49,468 bases of DNA from Octopus bimaculoides (taxonomy: Eukaryota). Under the pieces are notes generated by a model. It made no database searches, was not told the DNA's origin, and worked only from the letters and a program-made list of their open reading frames with translations. The translations under genes and the position numbers were made by a program. The number at the start of each line of letters is the position of its first letter. Position 1 is the first letter of the stretch. The stretch covers positions 108,489,040 to 108,538,507 of the forward strand of contig NC_068982.1 of assembly GCF_001194135.2 (NCBI RefSeq), written 5' to 3'. Shown one piece after another: positions 12,341 through 23,965 of this stretch.

Positions 12341-13351
12341 ACATACGTAAGCTCGCAAGGAATGAAGCCAGTATGCTCCGTTGGATGTGTAATGTCAATG
12401 TGAATACCCGTCAGAGTGTAAGTATCTTGAGAGAAAAGCTGAACATNNNNNNNNNNNNNNNNNNNNNNNNNNNNNNNNNNNNNNNNNNNNNNNNNNNNNN
12501 NNNNNNNNNNNNNNNNNNNNNNNNNNNNNNNNNNNNNNNNNNNNNNNNNNNNNNNNNNNNNNNNNNNNNNNNNNNNNNNNNNNNNNNNNNNNNNNNNNNN
12601 NNNNNNNNNNNNNNNNNNNNNNNNNNNNNNNNNNNNNNNNNNNNNNNNNNNNNNNNNNNNNNNNNNNNNNNNNNNNNNNNNNNNNNNNNNNNNNNNNNNN
12701 NNNNNNNNNNNNNNNNNNNNNNNNNNNNNNNNNNNNNNNNNNNNNNNNNNNNNNNNNNNNNNNNNNNNNNNNNNNNNNNNNNNNNNNNNNNNNNNNNNNN
12801 NNNNNNNNNNNNNNNNNNNNNNNNNNNNNNNNNNNNNNNNNNNNNNNNNNNNNNNNNNNNNNNNNNNNNNNNNNNNNNNNNNNNNNNNNNNNNNNNNNNN
12901 NNNNNNNNNNNNNNNNNNNNNNNNNNNNNNNNNNNNNNNNNNNNNNNNNNNNNNNNNNNNNNNNNNNNNNNNNNNNNNNNNNNNNNNNNNNNNNNNNNNN
13001 NNNNNNNNNNNNNNNNNNNNNNNNNNNNNNNNNNNNNNNNNNNNNNNNNNNNNNNNNNNNNNNNNNNNNNNNNNNNNNNNNNNNNNNNNNNNNNNNNNNN
13101 NNNNNNNNNNNNNNNNNGTGGCACATAAAAGACACCATTTCGAGCGTGGCCGTTTTCGTGCGGGTGACACGTAAAAGCACCCACTACACTCTCTGAGTGG
13201 TTGGCGTTAGGAAGGGCATCCAGCTGTAGAAACTCTGCCAAATCAGACTGGAGCCTGGTGTTGCCATCCGGTTTCACCAGTCCTCAGTCAAATCGTCCAA
13301 CCCATGCTAGCATGGAAAGCGGACGTTAAACGATGATGATGATGATGATGA
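12341..13351 (+). mobile_element. Young 5'-truncated RTE LINE spanning an N gap
   Basis: Left of the gap it encodes KLARNEASMLRWMCNVNVNTRQSVSILREKLN; right of the gap is a CpG-intact 3'UTR and (GAT)n tail. Confidence 0.85.
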
Positions 13352-14014
13352 GTGTGAATACAAACTCCTATGTAAGTGAATTACTATTGGTTGAAAAGAA
13401 GTAATCTCTCATTAATAAAAAATATTTTCTATTCTAGTGATTCCAAATGTTCTTAAACATGTTAGTTGTGACATTTTATATTTTTGTGTAGAGCTGCATA
13501 TCATGTGACCTATCTGTTGACATTTTGGTACATTGTAGTACTTACTTCCTCATATGAGGAATGCCTTTGTAGTTTTTCTTTTTTATTGCCATTGTAAATT
13601 GTAATGTATTAAAAAAAAAAAAAATGTCCATAAATTTTTTCCATTAGTCACTCTGTTTCCCTTTCTTAATATTCACATTGGGCATATAAGGATGAAACAT
13701 TGTTTTTTCTGCTCTCTTAGATTGTTCTAGAAGTTATTTTCAAGATTTGAGATTTTAAGTGCTGGAATGTATCCATACAATATACTGGCAGTGCATAGAA
13801 TATACAATTAGTTTAGGTATTAAATTTCAGAGATGTTCAGAGTTTACCATTTCTAATTTAGTTAGTTGCTCATAATAGAATCTTTGGGATCATTTTGGTT
13901 TCAGACACCAAATTCTATTTTTTTTAAATTTCTACATGTACGTACTTTTCATGTTAATTATGAAAATCATGATTAGTTTTTGGAGAAATCAAAGTAAAGA
14001 AGTTAAGAAATTTT

Positions 14015-14163
14015 AGTGTGGCTATGTGGTAAGATGCTTACTTGCGAACCAAATGGTTCCAGGTTCAGTCCTACTATGTGACATCTTGGGCAAGTGTCTT
14101 CTACTATAGTCTCAGGCTGACCAAAGCCTTGTGAGTGGATTTAGTTGATGGAAGCCCATCATG

Positions 14164-14194
<31 letters not shown>

Positions 14195-14396
14195 TTTTGT
14201 TTCTCCCACCACTACCACTTGACAACTGTTGTTAATGCATTTACATCCCTGTAACTTAGCAGTTCAACAAAAGAGCCAATAGAATAAGTACAAGGCTTAA
14301 AAAAAAAGTTCTGGGGTCAATTTTTCAACTAAAACCCTTTAAGGCTGAGCTCCATCATGGCCACTGTTAAATGACTGAAACAACTAAAAGATAAGA
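14015..14396 (+). mobile_element. tRNA-derived SINE family A (internal (TG)n)
   Basis: A box tggctatgtgg, B box ggttcagtcc, ttgggcaagtgtcttctactatag body, tail gactgaaacaactaaaagataaga; homologous to 27800-28190. Confidence 0.9.
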
Positions 14397-15019
14397 TATT
14401 TTGAATTTCAGTTAATCAGATGCAACCATTTTCAGAACTCTGGAAGTTGGAATTATCACATTCCCTTGCCGTGTTATTTTTTAGAATTATTTTTGATTAT
14501 TTGTTACTTTGTGAAAAATAAGTAATAAAAATGTTATGTAACCTTTTTTATTGAAAGCAAATGAAACAAAACTGCAAATTGTGAAATTGGAACAAAGCAA
14601 CAAATGAACTTATGAAAGCTGAAATTTAATGCACTGTGACAATTTCAAAACCTACTGATTTGGTAGCACTCTTCCTTGATTGTATTTTGTCAGGAGCACA
14701 TCATTAGTCTCTTGATGATTGTTCCAGGGCCATTCATTTGCATTAAGTTATGAAATAGATCCCCTGTGCACAGTTCCCTCTTGAAGTTGTAATAATCAAC
14801 CTCAGTGTTGTGGTCCATTTGTACTTCCTCCCCATAGATATGAATAGTTGTTGTTTTACCTAATAATAAATAAAACAGCTAAGGTTGTTAGTGGAACAGT
14901 GCTTTAAGCCTTTCTGTGCAGACACAATTTTGTTGCTTTTGCCAACAAAGGAAATGTTCATTTGGTGTTTTCATTGACACAGTCAGTTCCTTGATATTAT
15001 ATCCTTCCTTCTGTTGGAA

Positions 15020-15392
15020 ATAACTCTCTGCAATGCATCTAGATGTCTCACCTATGTATATCATGTTCTTTTCTTTACAAGCATCCTTTATGCTGTAGAC
15101 TACGTTTCTAGTTCTACAGTTAATGCCAAGGTTAATCTTACATACAATGCGGTTATCATTGGTGCATGTGGTATTCTCAAAGGGATATGTCCTACATAGT
15201 TGTGATCTGATGGAGTTCCCTGGCTTTTCAACAATCTTCAAGTTGAGTTTGGCTTCCTTCAGAGATTTCTTAAATCTTTGGGCTAGTTCTCCATGGGCTA
15301 TGGCTTCTACAAACATCACTCCTTCATATTTGTCAGTCTTGTACCACGTGTTCACCTTGTTTGCTTTGTCACAAGCTCTTTGTATCCTATAC
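15020..15392 (-). mobile_element. Penelope-like element fragment, linker and GIY-YIG endonuclease N-terminus
   Basis: Open frame VMFVEA..LKIVEKPGNSIRSQLCRTYPF...CRTRNVVYSI..ACKEKNMIYIGETSRCIAE, with the typical NVVY.I..C..YIGETSR signature. Confidence 0.8.
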
Positions 15393-15399
15393 ACATATG

Positions 15400-15449
<50 letters not shown>

Positions 15450-15748
15450 TACATGCAGACACACAGACACATACATACATGTAGATACAAATCTACACCA
15501 GCACACACACATGCACACAAACAAACAAACAAAAAGAACAGATCTGATTAGACAGTCAATGACTATTGCAAAGGTTGCGAAATGCAACGAAAATTTTAGA
15601 AAAAATAGGTAAATGAGTGGAAATCGAAATGGTGAATGTGTTAAATAATAAGGCATTAAAAGAGAATGACTCTCCCCAGACACAATAAAAAATGTTTCAA
15701 AACATGAATTCACATAAACAGTCTTACAAACAAAATAAAAAAATGAAA

Positions 15749-15749
<1 letters not shown>

Positions 15750-15783
<34 letters not shown>

Positions 15784-16217
15784 TCATCATCGTAAATATA
15801 TATGCATATATGTAAATATACGTATATGTAAATATATACATGTATATATGTGTGTGTGTGTATGTATATATATATATATATATATATGTAAAAATGTATA
15901 TGTATATATGTGTGTGTATATATATATATATATATATGTGTATATATGTGTATATATACTTTCTGAGTGGTTGGCGTTAGGAAGGGCATCCAGCTGTAGA
16001 AACTCTGCCAAATTTAGATTGGAGCCTGGTGTTGCCATCCGGTTTCACCAGTCCTCAGTCAAATCGTCCAACCCATGCTAGCATGGAAAGCGGACGTTAA
16101 ACGATGATGATGATGATATATGTGTATATACATGTATATATATATGTGTGTGTATATATATATATGTAAATATATATGTAAATATATATATATATGTGTG
16201 TATATATATATGTATAT
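15750..16217. repeat. (TA)n/(TG)n microsatellite field containing an RTE insertion
   Basis: Directly visible. Confidence 0.9.
15960..16117 (+). mobile_element. Very short young RTE 3' tail
   Basis: Nearly identical to 13190-13345; (GAT)n tail. Confidence 0.9.
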
Positions 16218-16945
16218 GTGGACTCAATATACCTTGATTTTGCAAAAGCTTCTGACAAAGTGGATCATGGTATGTATGATATGCCAAACTGCGTGATCTC
16301 AGCATAGCTAGAAAACTTGGAGAGTGGTTACATGACTTTCTGAAAGATAGAAGTCAGGCAGTAGTGGTCAATGGAGCTACCTCAATAAAAACAAAAATAG
16401 TGAATGGCGTTCCATTGGGCACCGTCTTGGGACCACTGCTTTTCATAGTGGCCATCTCAGATAGGCCCACAACTGCCCGGATAGCCACCCTTGCTAGTTA
16501 CGCAGATGATAGGAAAATCTCGCAGAAAATGCTGAACCCCAGCAATGCTGCACATCTGCAGCAGGAGTTGGACTCAATTTACAGATGGCTGAGGATAATA
16601 ATATGCAGTTTAATGCTCAAAAATTCCAAGCCCTGCACTATCAGCATCCAAAACTGAACATGAAAATTACAGGGTCCACTGGTCCACAGGGAATTATAAT
16701 CCCAGAGCTTAAATCAGTGAGGGACCTGGGTATCAACATGAGTGATGATACCTCTTTCCAAGAGCACATTACCAGGATAGTGACAAAATGCAGATGACTG
16801 GCTGGATAGATCCTAAGAACATTCAAAACCAGAGATAAGAAACCATGATGGTCCTCTGGAGGACATTCGTCCTCAGCCACTTAGATTACTGCTCCCAGCT
16901 ATGGTCACCCAACTGTAAAATTAACAGCGGACCTTGAAGCAAGAA
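16218..16945 (+). mobile_element. CR1/L2-group LINE reverse-transcriptase fragment (pseudogenised)
   Basis: VDSIYLDFAKASDKVDHG, GVPLGTVLGPLLF, YADD, MQFNAQKFQAL, DLGI, YCSQLWSP across frameshifts. Confidence 0.9.
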
Positions 16946-17877
16946 ATAGCAGCAAAATCTTTTTCAATCACCCGACTGTCTTGAAATTATGTCTAGATAA
17001 TGGTGTCTTATGTTTCCTTCATATAAGAAAAAGATTGGATGGTTACAACGGCAATCCTTTTGATGGGTTTACTCAGGGTTGACCTATGGTTAAACAACCA
17101 CAACCTGTTGACTAGCTGCTACTTGTAACAAGTGAAATCTAATGAAACTTAAACTGTATGAAAGTAATTAGTATTTAAAAGTTACATTGAATCTCCTATT
17201 TCCTTTTCATCACTTGCAAAAAGTTCTAGGTTTATTTTAAGTGATTTCATTAAATATGCTATGAGTTATATATATATAAGGTTACTTATTTTAATTGCAA
17301 TTGAATGATACTTTAACATAAATGTGAAAAGACTAATCTTTTATGTGGGTGTATCAAGAAAACATATTTTCAGAACCAAAAGGAGTTTTTCATTGAGATG
17401 TTAATTAGTGTTCAATTTATAGTTGAATGATTTATAAACTAACAATCAATGATGATGATATGAATAGTAGCAACATTGGAGGAGTTGATAATATTTCAGT
17501 TTTTATACTAATTTAGTTTGTCCAAAAATTGCTTGTATGGAAAAGAGTTATTGAACCTTATGTATAAAAATTATTTCTTGTTCAGGCTAAAAGTAGAATT
17601 AGCTTTAGAGTAAGTTGTAACATGAAAAAGAGGAAAGTTCCATGTCATAGATGAAAGTGCTAGTTAACTTGATATTAAATGCAATCTGTTTCACGTCAGA
17701 AATGCTGACATTTCTGCTACTTTGTTTAAGACTGAAAAATTATGTTGTGTATTTACCCCCAAATCATTCTTTTATTATATCTCTTAATGATCATTCGCTT
17801 AAATCCTATATATTTTCATAGTCTAAGATGTATTTTTAAACTGTGCATGCCATCAATCTTGAACCTGTATTTGTTGA

Positions 17878-18225
17878 GAGAGGCATCCTGTGTCTATGGT
17901 GAGTTAATCTACATAAGTTGTGTTTGGACGACCTGCTCAAGTTCAGCCATGTTTTGGCATCCAGAATAGGTCACTTGCTAGCTCTTGTTTAGTTCACCAG
18001 CAATGCCCTGCTAAGCACAAGCGCCTTTCCATTACAATGGTGGAGACAGGTAGGAGATCTCCATAGAGCTGTTTCTTAATGGGATGAGTTCTCCAAGACA
18101 TGTTTAAGACTCAGGTATAAGTTCCATCTAGCTTGGATTACAGTTTTTCGGTAAGCACCCAGGCTGTTGTTCCATATGAAAGGATATAAGGTCTAATCAT
18201 TCTGAAACTTGCCAGAATTGTTGCC
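17878..18225 (-). mobile_element. RTE-clade LINE C-terminal remnant of a different family
   Basis: - strand AWVLTEKL*SKLDGTYT..LNMSWRTHP..QLYG...ERRLCLAGHCW...GRPNTTYVD. Confidence 0.75.
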
Positions 18226-19289
18226 ACAACACTTTCTGTTTTCAATTAATGAAAATTCCCCTATTCACTCTCCTGCCTTTCTTTACCAAACTTAGTCATT
18301 AATAAGATAATGATGTTTTTGCTTTGATTACAGGCGTACTTTTAATTAATCTTTTTTCTTTGTTCTCTACATTATGTTAATGCCCAATTTACTACTATTG
18401 ATATCTGTTTGTGTATTATATGAGAGGTGAGTGACTATATTGGTGGTTGATTATACTGTTGTACTATGTAAGATATTATTGATTGTGTAAGAGGTGTGGT
18501 GATTGATTTTATTGGCATATTGTATGAAAGAAGTGATTAGATTGTGTTTAACTCCATTTTGTTTTCTTGACATGGAGCAACTGAATGACTTGGGACCTGT
18601 TCTTGACTGCTAGGGGAACTGAAGCTCATATAATAGCCCCACTCCCAATGGGTTTGAACTTAGTGGACAATTTCATTTTTACTGACTAGACTGGTTGAAA
18701 ACAACCATATTAGTTAACTGTACTAAAGATGCATACATCTATCTGAAATGGTTTTATTGGTAATTGAAGGTTTCACCTTAAACTGATCATGGTAAAATTC
18801 AACACAGTACATACATTGCATGGTATTTCCAGTGTCTGAGAATTTCATTGCAAAGTAAATTATATTGTGTGCTGATACATTGTCAGTCATAAGTTTCTTC
18901 TCAGTCAAGAAAATTTCATCCTACAATCTGCAAATTTTTCAAAAATCTCAAAAGAAACTGTAATAAAAATGAAATAGTATATCTCTGAAGAAATTCCACA
19001 TTACCAAAGAGAATATAAAGATAGTACATAAAAAATTTGGTGTATCATCAATGAATACCGAACGAAATAGTGAATTATTTGAGGCATTGTTTGTAATTTA
19101 TCTTTTTATATTTCTCCTTCCTCCAATTGAAAACAGCATTATCTTTTTATTATATTTTCTTTTATGACTTTTAAAAGTAACTTGATTCCCCCCCCCACAT
19201 CTCTTTTATTGCAAAACACTTATTTTTGTCCCTCGATCATAGTTTAATCTCTCATCACCTGGCACAAAGCTATCTCTTCCATCTCAATC

Positions 19290-19516
19290 GAGAGGTCTTT
19301 GTTTTGTAAGTTACTTGGTGACCTCATTCGTGCTGGTGCCATGTAAAGAGCACCCAGTACACTCAGTAAAGTGGTTGGTGTGAGGAAGGGTATCTAGTCA
19401 TAGAAACCATGCCAATACAGACAGTAGAGAGCTTAGTGCAGTCTTCTGACTTGCCAGATCCTGTCAAACTATCCAGCTCATACCAACATGGAAAACAGAT
19501 GTTAAATGATGATGAT
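19290..19516 (+). mobile_element. RTE-tail element, older copy
   Basis: gttacttggtgacc head, conserved gtggttggtgtgaggaaggg block, gttaaatgatgatgat end. Confidence 0.75.
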
Positions 19517-19886
19517 AAACACACCTCCCTACCTATATTATACACACACACGCGCACACGCACACACACACACACACACACACACNNNNNNNNNNNNNNN
19601 NNNNNNNNNNNNNNNNNNNNNNNNNNNNNNNNNNNNNNNNNNNNNNNNNNNNNNNNNNNNNNNNNNNNNNNNNNNNNNNNNNNNNNNNNNNNNNNNNNNN
19701 NNNNNNNNNNNNNNNNNNNNNNNNNNNNNNNNNNNNNNNNNNNNNNNNNNNNNNNNNNNNNNNNNNNNNNNNNNNNNNNNNNNNNNNNNNNNNNNNNNNN
19801 NNNNNNNNNNNNNNNNNNNNNNNNNNNNNNNNNNNNNNNNNNNNNNNNNNNNNNNNNNNNNNNNNNNNNNNNNNNNNNNNNNNNNN

Positions 19887-19918
<32 letters not shown>

Positions 19919-20629
19919 GCTGAACTTCATCCTTATGAATGGAATGCAGAGTATTTATTTTGTAAATAAAATTGCAAATAATGTTTAGCAATGTATTTAC
20001 TCTGCTAATAACAATCATGACTATGAATTTATCGACAATTTATTTGGCATGATGTTGAATTTACTCACAATGTATTGGCATGTGACATAATTACCTTGCA
20101 ATGAAATTGCCAGGCAATGAAATTACAGACAGTGTATTTATCGTGATGTAATTACCCATGATTAATTTAAAATGATAGATTTACTGGATACTGAAAAGAA
20201 CGGTTACAGATTTAGTCAATTTCTGCATGTGACTTCATTTTATATTGCTTTCCTCTCAGATCCTTTCCTTTTTATTTGAGAATATATGCCACAAAATACG
20301 GTAGTACAGATCTGTGGTCTGATCTAAAATATACTAAACTTAATATTTCAATTCTAAATGATAACATGTGATACTTGCTAGACATTATAACTGCTCTTTG
20401 ATTTAGTAAAAGAAGAACAATCCCTTTCACAAGACTCTGATTCAATGTCTGTTTTTTGCTGAGTGACTGTATTACCAATGATTAGACTGCAGAACACTGT
20501 TTCTGCTATTTAAACTGTACTATTTTGTCTTCAGAGATAATTCGTATAAAGTATTTCCCACATAGCACTCATAGGATAGGCTTATTATTTTAATGCCCAA
20601 CTTACAATGTCTAATATAATTTAAAGCAG

Positions 20630-20740
20630 AGAACTGGCAGTGTTGTTGACTTGTGATATTTATTCTGTCACCTTGTGTTCTGAGTTCAAATTTCACCGAG
20701 GTCGATTTTGTCTTTCATCTCCTGAGATTGATAAAGAACC
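20630..20740 (+). mobile_element. SINE family B fragment
   Basis: gttctgagttcaaatttcaccgaggtcgattttgtctttcatc. Confidence 0.65.
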
Positions 20741-22964
20741 AATCTTGGATGGTAGACTAGCTGGATTGTTAGAATATCTGGTGGGAAGCCTTATGCTATT
20801 TGTACTGGCTCTGATGGGATAATGTATAGAAATAGAACCTTACAAATATATAGAATTGTGAGTAGAATGAGAAATCAGTATTGTTATAATGTAAAGGAGT
20901 AGGAAGTTTGAAATTGAGTAATAGGCACTCAATCTTTGCTTCTTTTTTAGGGACATAAATGTATAAAGAAAGTGAATTTAAAAAGTTGACATAGCTAACA
21001 GTTCAAGTTTTGATTTAGAGAAAGTACAGGTGCGAATAGTTTGAAGCGGTAGTATTATATCTGATATATACATGCCAAAACATGTTAAAGATGTTTATTG
21101 ATTTCAATTGTTGCAGATATGGTCTCTCTTTTTCTTTCTTTTTCTATTATGTTGAGGTCCATAGATCAGAGAGAGAGAGAGAGAAGAAGAATTTATTAGA
21201 TTGACCTATTTCAGTTGTCACAACTTCAAATTTTGTTCTTTTTTTAGTAGTATGTATTTAATTAAGCAGTAACTGTGTCTATGTTCTAATTATTAAGATG
21301 TATCATTGTATTACTATTTGCCAAAGCAAGTGATTCCAAAAATGGGTTCTACTCCCTTAAATCCTGGGATGGTCATTGGAGTTGCTTGAAAGAGGTTTAT
21401 GAATGTAAGCAAATGTAAGAGTACATAAGGTTTATTCTTATTCTTTTGAAATTTTTTGTTATTATTTTCCAGTGTTGCATGACTTAATCTTCTTGGTAAT
21501 GTTATAAAATAGTAAGTATTCTATTACTTACTATTTTATATAGAGCTAAGAGGATGGTTGGCTGAACACATTTAGAAATCACTGAACTATAGTTGTTAGA
21601 AAGTATATCCTTCTCTTGCTGATATTTTTTGTATTGCTGTGTTGTACTTTAAAGAGTTGTTGCCTAATATAGCTAAAGAGTTTGGTTGTTTAGCTAGGTT
21701 TTGTGAATTATATGACTAAGTATTGATTTTTAAAATCAACCATTTTCTTTCAGTAATCTTATCCTCTCAAATATCAACATTTATAAAATATCTTTTGACT
21801 TTCACACAAAATAGTTTCCTCTTCAGCTATGTAAATAATTGTTGGAGTTGAGTAGTAAAGTGTTGACCTGCAAATCAGCTACTTCAACACTATTTTTCTT
21901 CATCAATCTAGTTTTAAAAGAATCCCTATAATTTACTTCATTATTGAACATTTGGTTTTAGAAAGAACATCATTTCCAGAATTTTATTTAAACATTTGTG
22001 TTTCAAAATAAGAGAGTTGCTTCGTTTGACAACATTCTCAAGATGAATTTAAGAAGTTTGTAGTATTAGTTTCATTGTCATTTTGACATGGCATTGATCA
22101 CTTTCACAACTTTACAAAGAATACTTCAGCAAGTCTAGTGAAATCTATGCTTCAGTGATGAGCTCAAAATATGACTAAAATGTGCCCAGAGTTGTCTCGT
22201 ACTTACTCAAATAAACATTAGTAACTCTTTTTTTTTTCTCATTAAATAATTGCTCCTAGTTAGTCTTTTAATGATTTATGTATTAAATGTATTACCATTA
22301 TGTTACCAATAGGTTAGATCGGTTTGATTTACTTTCATAACCATATCATGGAATGACATGTTTAGAAAACTTATATATTGCTCTGGGTTTCTCTGAATAA
22401 AATGAAGCAATGTTAGTTTGGAAAAACATGTTTTGGGAAACATTAGTCAACCCATTGTATGCCACTGTAATAAAAACTCCCAGTGCTCTACAAGTGCATA
22501 AAATTTGACAAAATCCAGAAGAAATCAAATACTGTTTACTTCGTATCAAATAATATATTGACATTACTCTTACTGTTAATTGAATTATCTGATTATGTTA
22601 ACTTTTCCCTGTGACTAGTTAGCAATTCAACTGAAATAAATAAGCTCAATGTTTAAAGTCTATAGTATTGCTTTAGAAAGAACAAAATTAAATAGGCTAG
22701 TGATGATAAAAATGATGTTTGAAGTATCATTATGAAAAGGTATTAATCTTTCCTTGGCTATGGGTTTGTGTATTTCAATTAACTTTTAAAATAATCAGGA
22801 ATTTTAAGGGATTTGTCATTTTTTTTTTTCATTTGTTGGTACATTAGGCTGGTGTTGAAACACAAACAAAAGACAAATGTTTACCTACATATAGCAGCTC
22901 ATATTATTTTCCTTGTCATGATAAACTTTCAATCAAAATATAATATAGGTAATTTCAGAGACTA

Positions 22965-23965
22965 AGATATGAGACGAGGTGGTGAAGCATGGTTTTCGAA
23001 CTTTGAGCTTCACAGAGGCAATGACTAGCAACCAGGACCTTTGGCAATAGGCTGTGCTTGACAAGATGCATCAAGCCAAAGTTGTGATTGATGCTGGTGT
23101 CATATAACTGGTACCCATGACAGTGGCACGTAAAGAGCACCTTTTGAGCATTGGGCATCCTCACAGAGGCAAAGTGGCTGAGTTCCTTACAAGTGGAAGC
23201 AAGTTACTTTTCAAGCATTGGGCCTCATGGAGGCGAGTTCCCTTTCGAGTATTGAGCCTCACAGAGGCAAATACCCTTTTGAGTGTTGAGCCTCATGGAG
23301 GCACGTTGCCCCTCGAGTGTTGGGCCTCATGGAGGCACGTTGCCCCCTCAAGTGTTGATCCTCATGGAGGCACGTTTCCCCTCGAGCGCTGGGCCTCATG
23401 GAGGCACGCTGCTCCTCGAGCGCTGGGCCTTGTGGAGGCGAGTTCCCCCTCGAGCTGGGCCTGGTGGAGGCAAGTTCCCCCTCGAGCGCTGAGCTTTGTG
23501 GAAGTGAGTTCCCCCTCGAGCGCTGGGCTTTGTGGAGGCGAGTTCCCACTCGAGCGGTGGAGCTCGTTGAGGTGAGTTTGCCCTCAAGCAGTGGGGTTCG
23601 CAGAGGCATGTTCGCCCTCGAGCAGTGGGCCTTGTAGAGGTAAGTTCGCCCTCTAGCACTGGGCCTTGCGGAGGTAATGACTGAAACCTTTGGCATTATG
23701 TCATGCTTGAGAAGAAGACCCATCAGGCCAAGTAAAATTACAGTTGTGGCAGATACTGGTGTCACGCAAATGGCACCTGTGATGGTAGCACGTAAAAGCA
23801 GCCATTACACTCTCGGAGTGGTTGGCGTTAAGAAAGGCATCCAGCCATAGAAACCATGCCAAATCAGAATGGAGTCTGTTGCAGCCTTCCAGCTTGCCAG
23901 CTCTGGTCAAACTGTCCAACCCATGCCAGCATGGACAATGGATGTTAAATGATGATGATGATGAT
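22965..23965 (+). mobile_element. Composite RTE-derived element: ORF end + 34-bp VNTR + second ORF end and 3'UTR
   Basis: DEVVKHGFRTLSFTEAMTSNQDLWQ at 22975-23050; VNTR at 23211-23680; (GAT)n tail at ~23950. Confidence 0.8.
23211..23680. repeat. GC-rich 34-bp minisatellite, ~14 units
   Basis: Unit starts at 23211, 23245, 23279, 23313, 23348, 23382, 23416, 23450, 23482, 23516, 23550, 23584, 23618, 23652; consensus ~tcgagcgctgggcctYRtggaggcRagttccccc. Confidence 0.95.

Noticed and set aside
12151-13277. Long ORFs crossing N gaps (also 19363-20018, 30640-32001, 48163-49029)
   Set aside because: Artefacts of translating Ns and simple repeats.
14015-14100. tRNA genes at SINE heads (also 28110-28190, 45934-46010, 47274-47345)
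   Set aside because: A/B boxes are present, but there is no cloverleaf and they continue into SINE bodies.
18723-18908. - strand ORF with QCMYCVEFYH, faintly PHD-like
   Set aside because: The Cys/His pattern is incomplete and there is no supporting exon chain.
23117-23765. Overlapping 150-170-aa ORFs on both strands
   Set aside because: Products of the GC-rich, stop-poor 34-bp VNTR.
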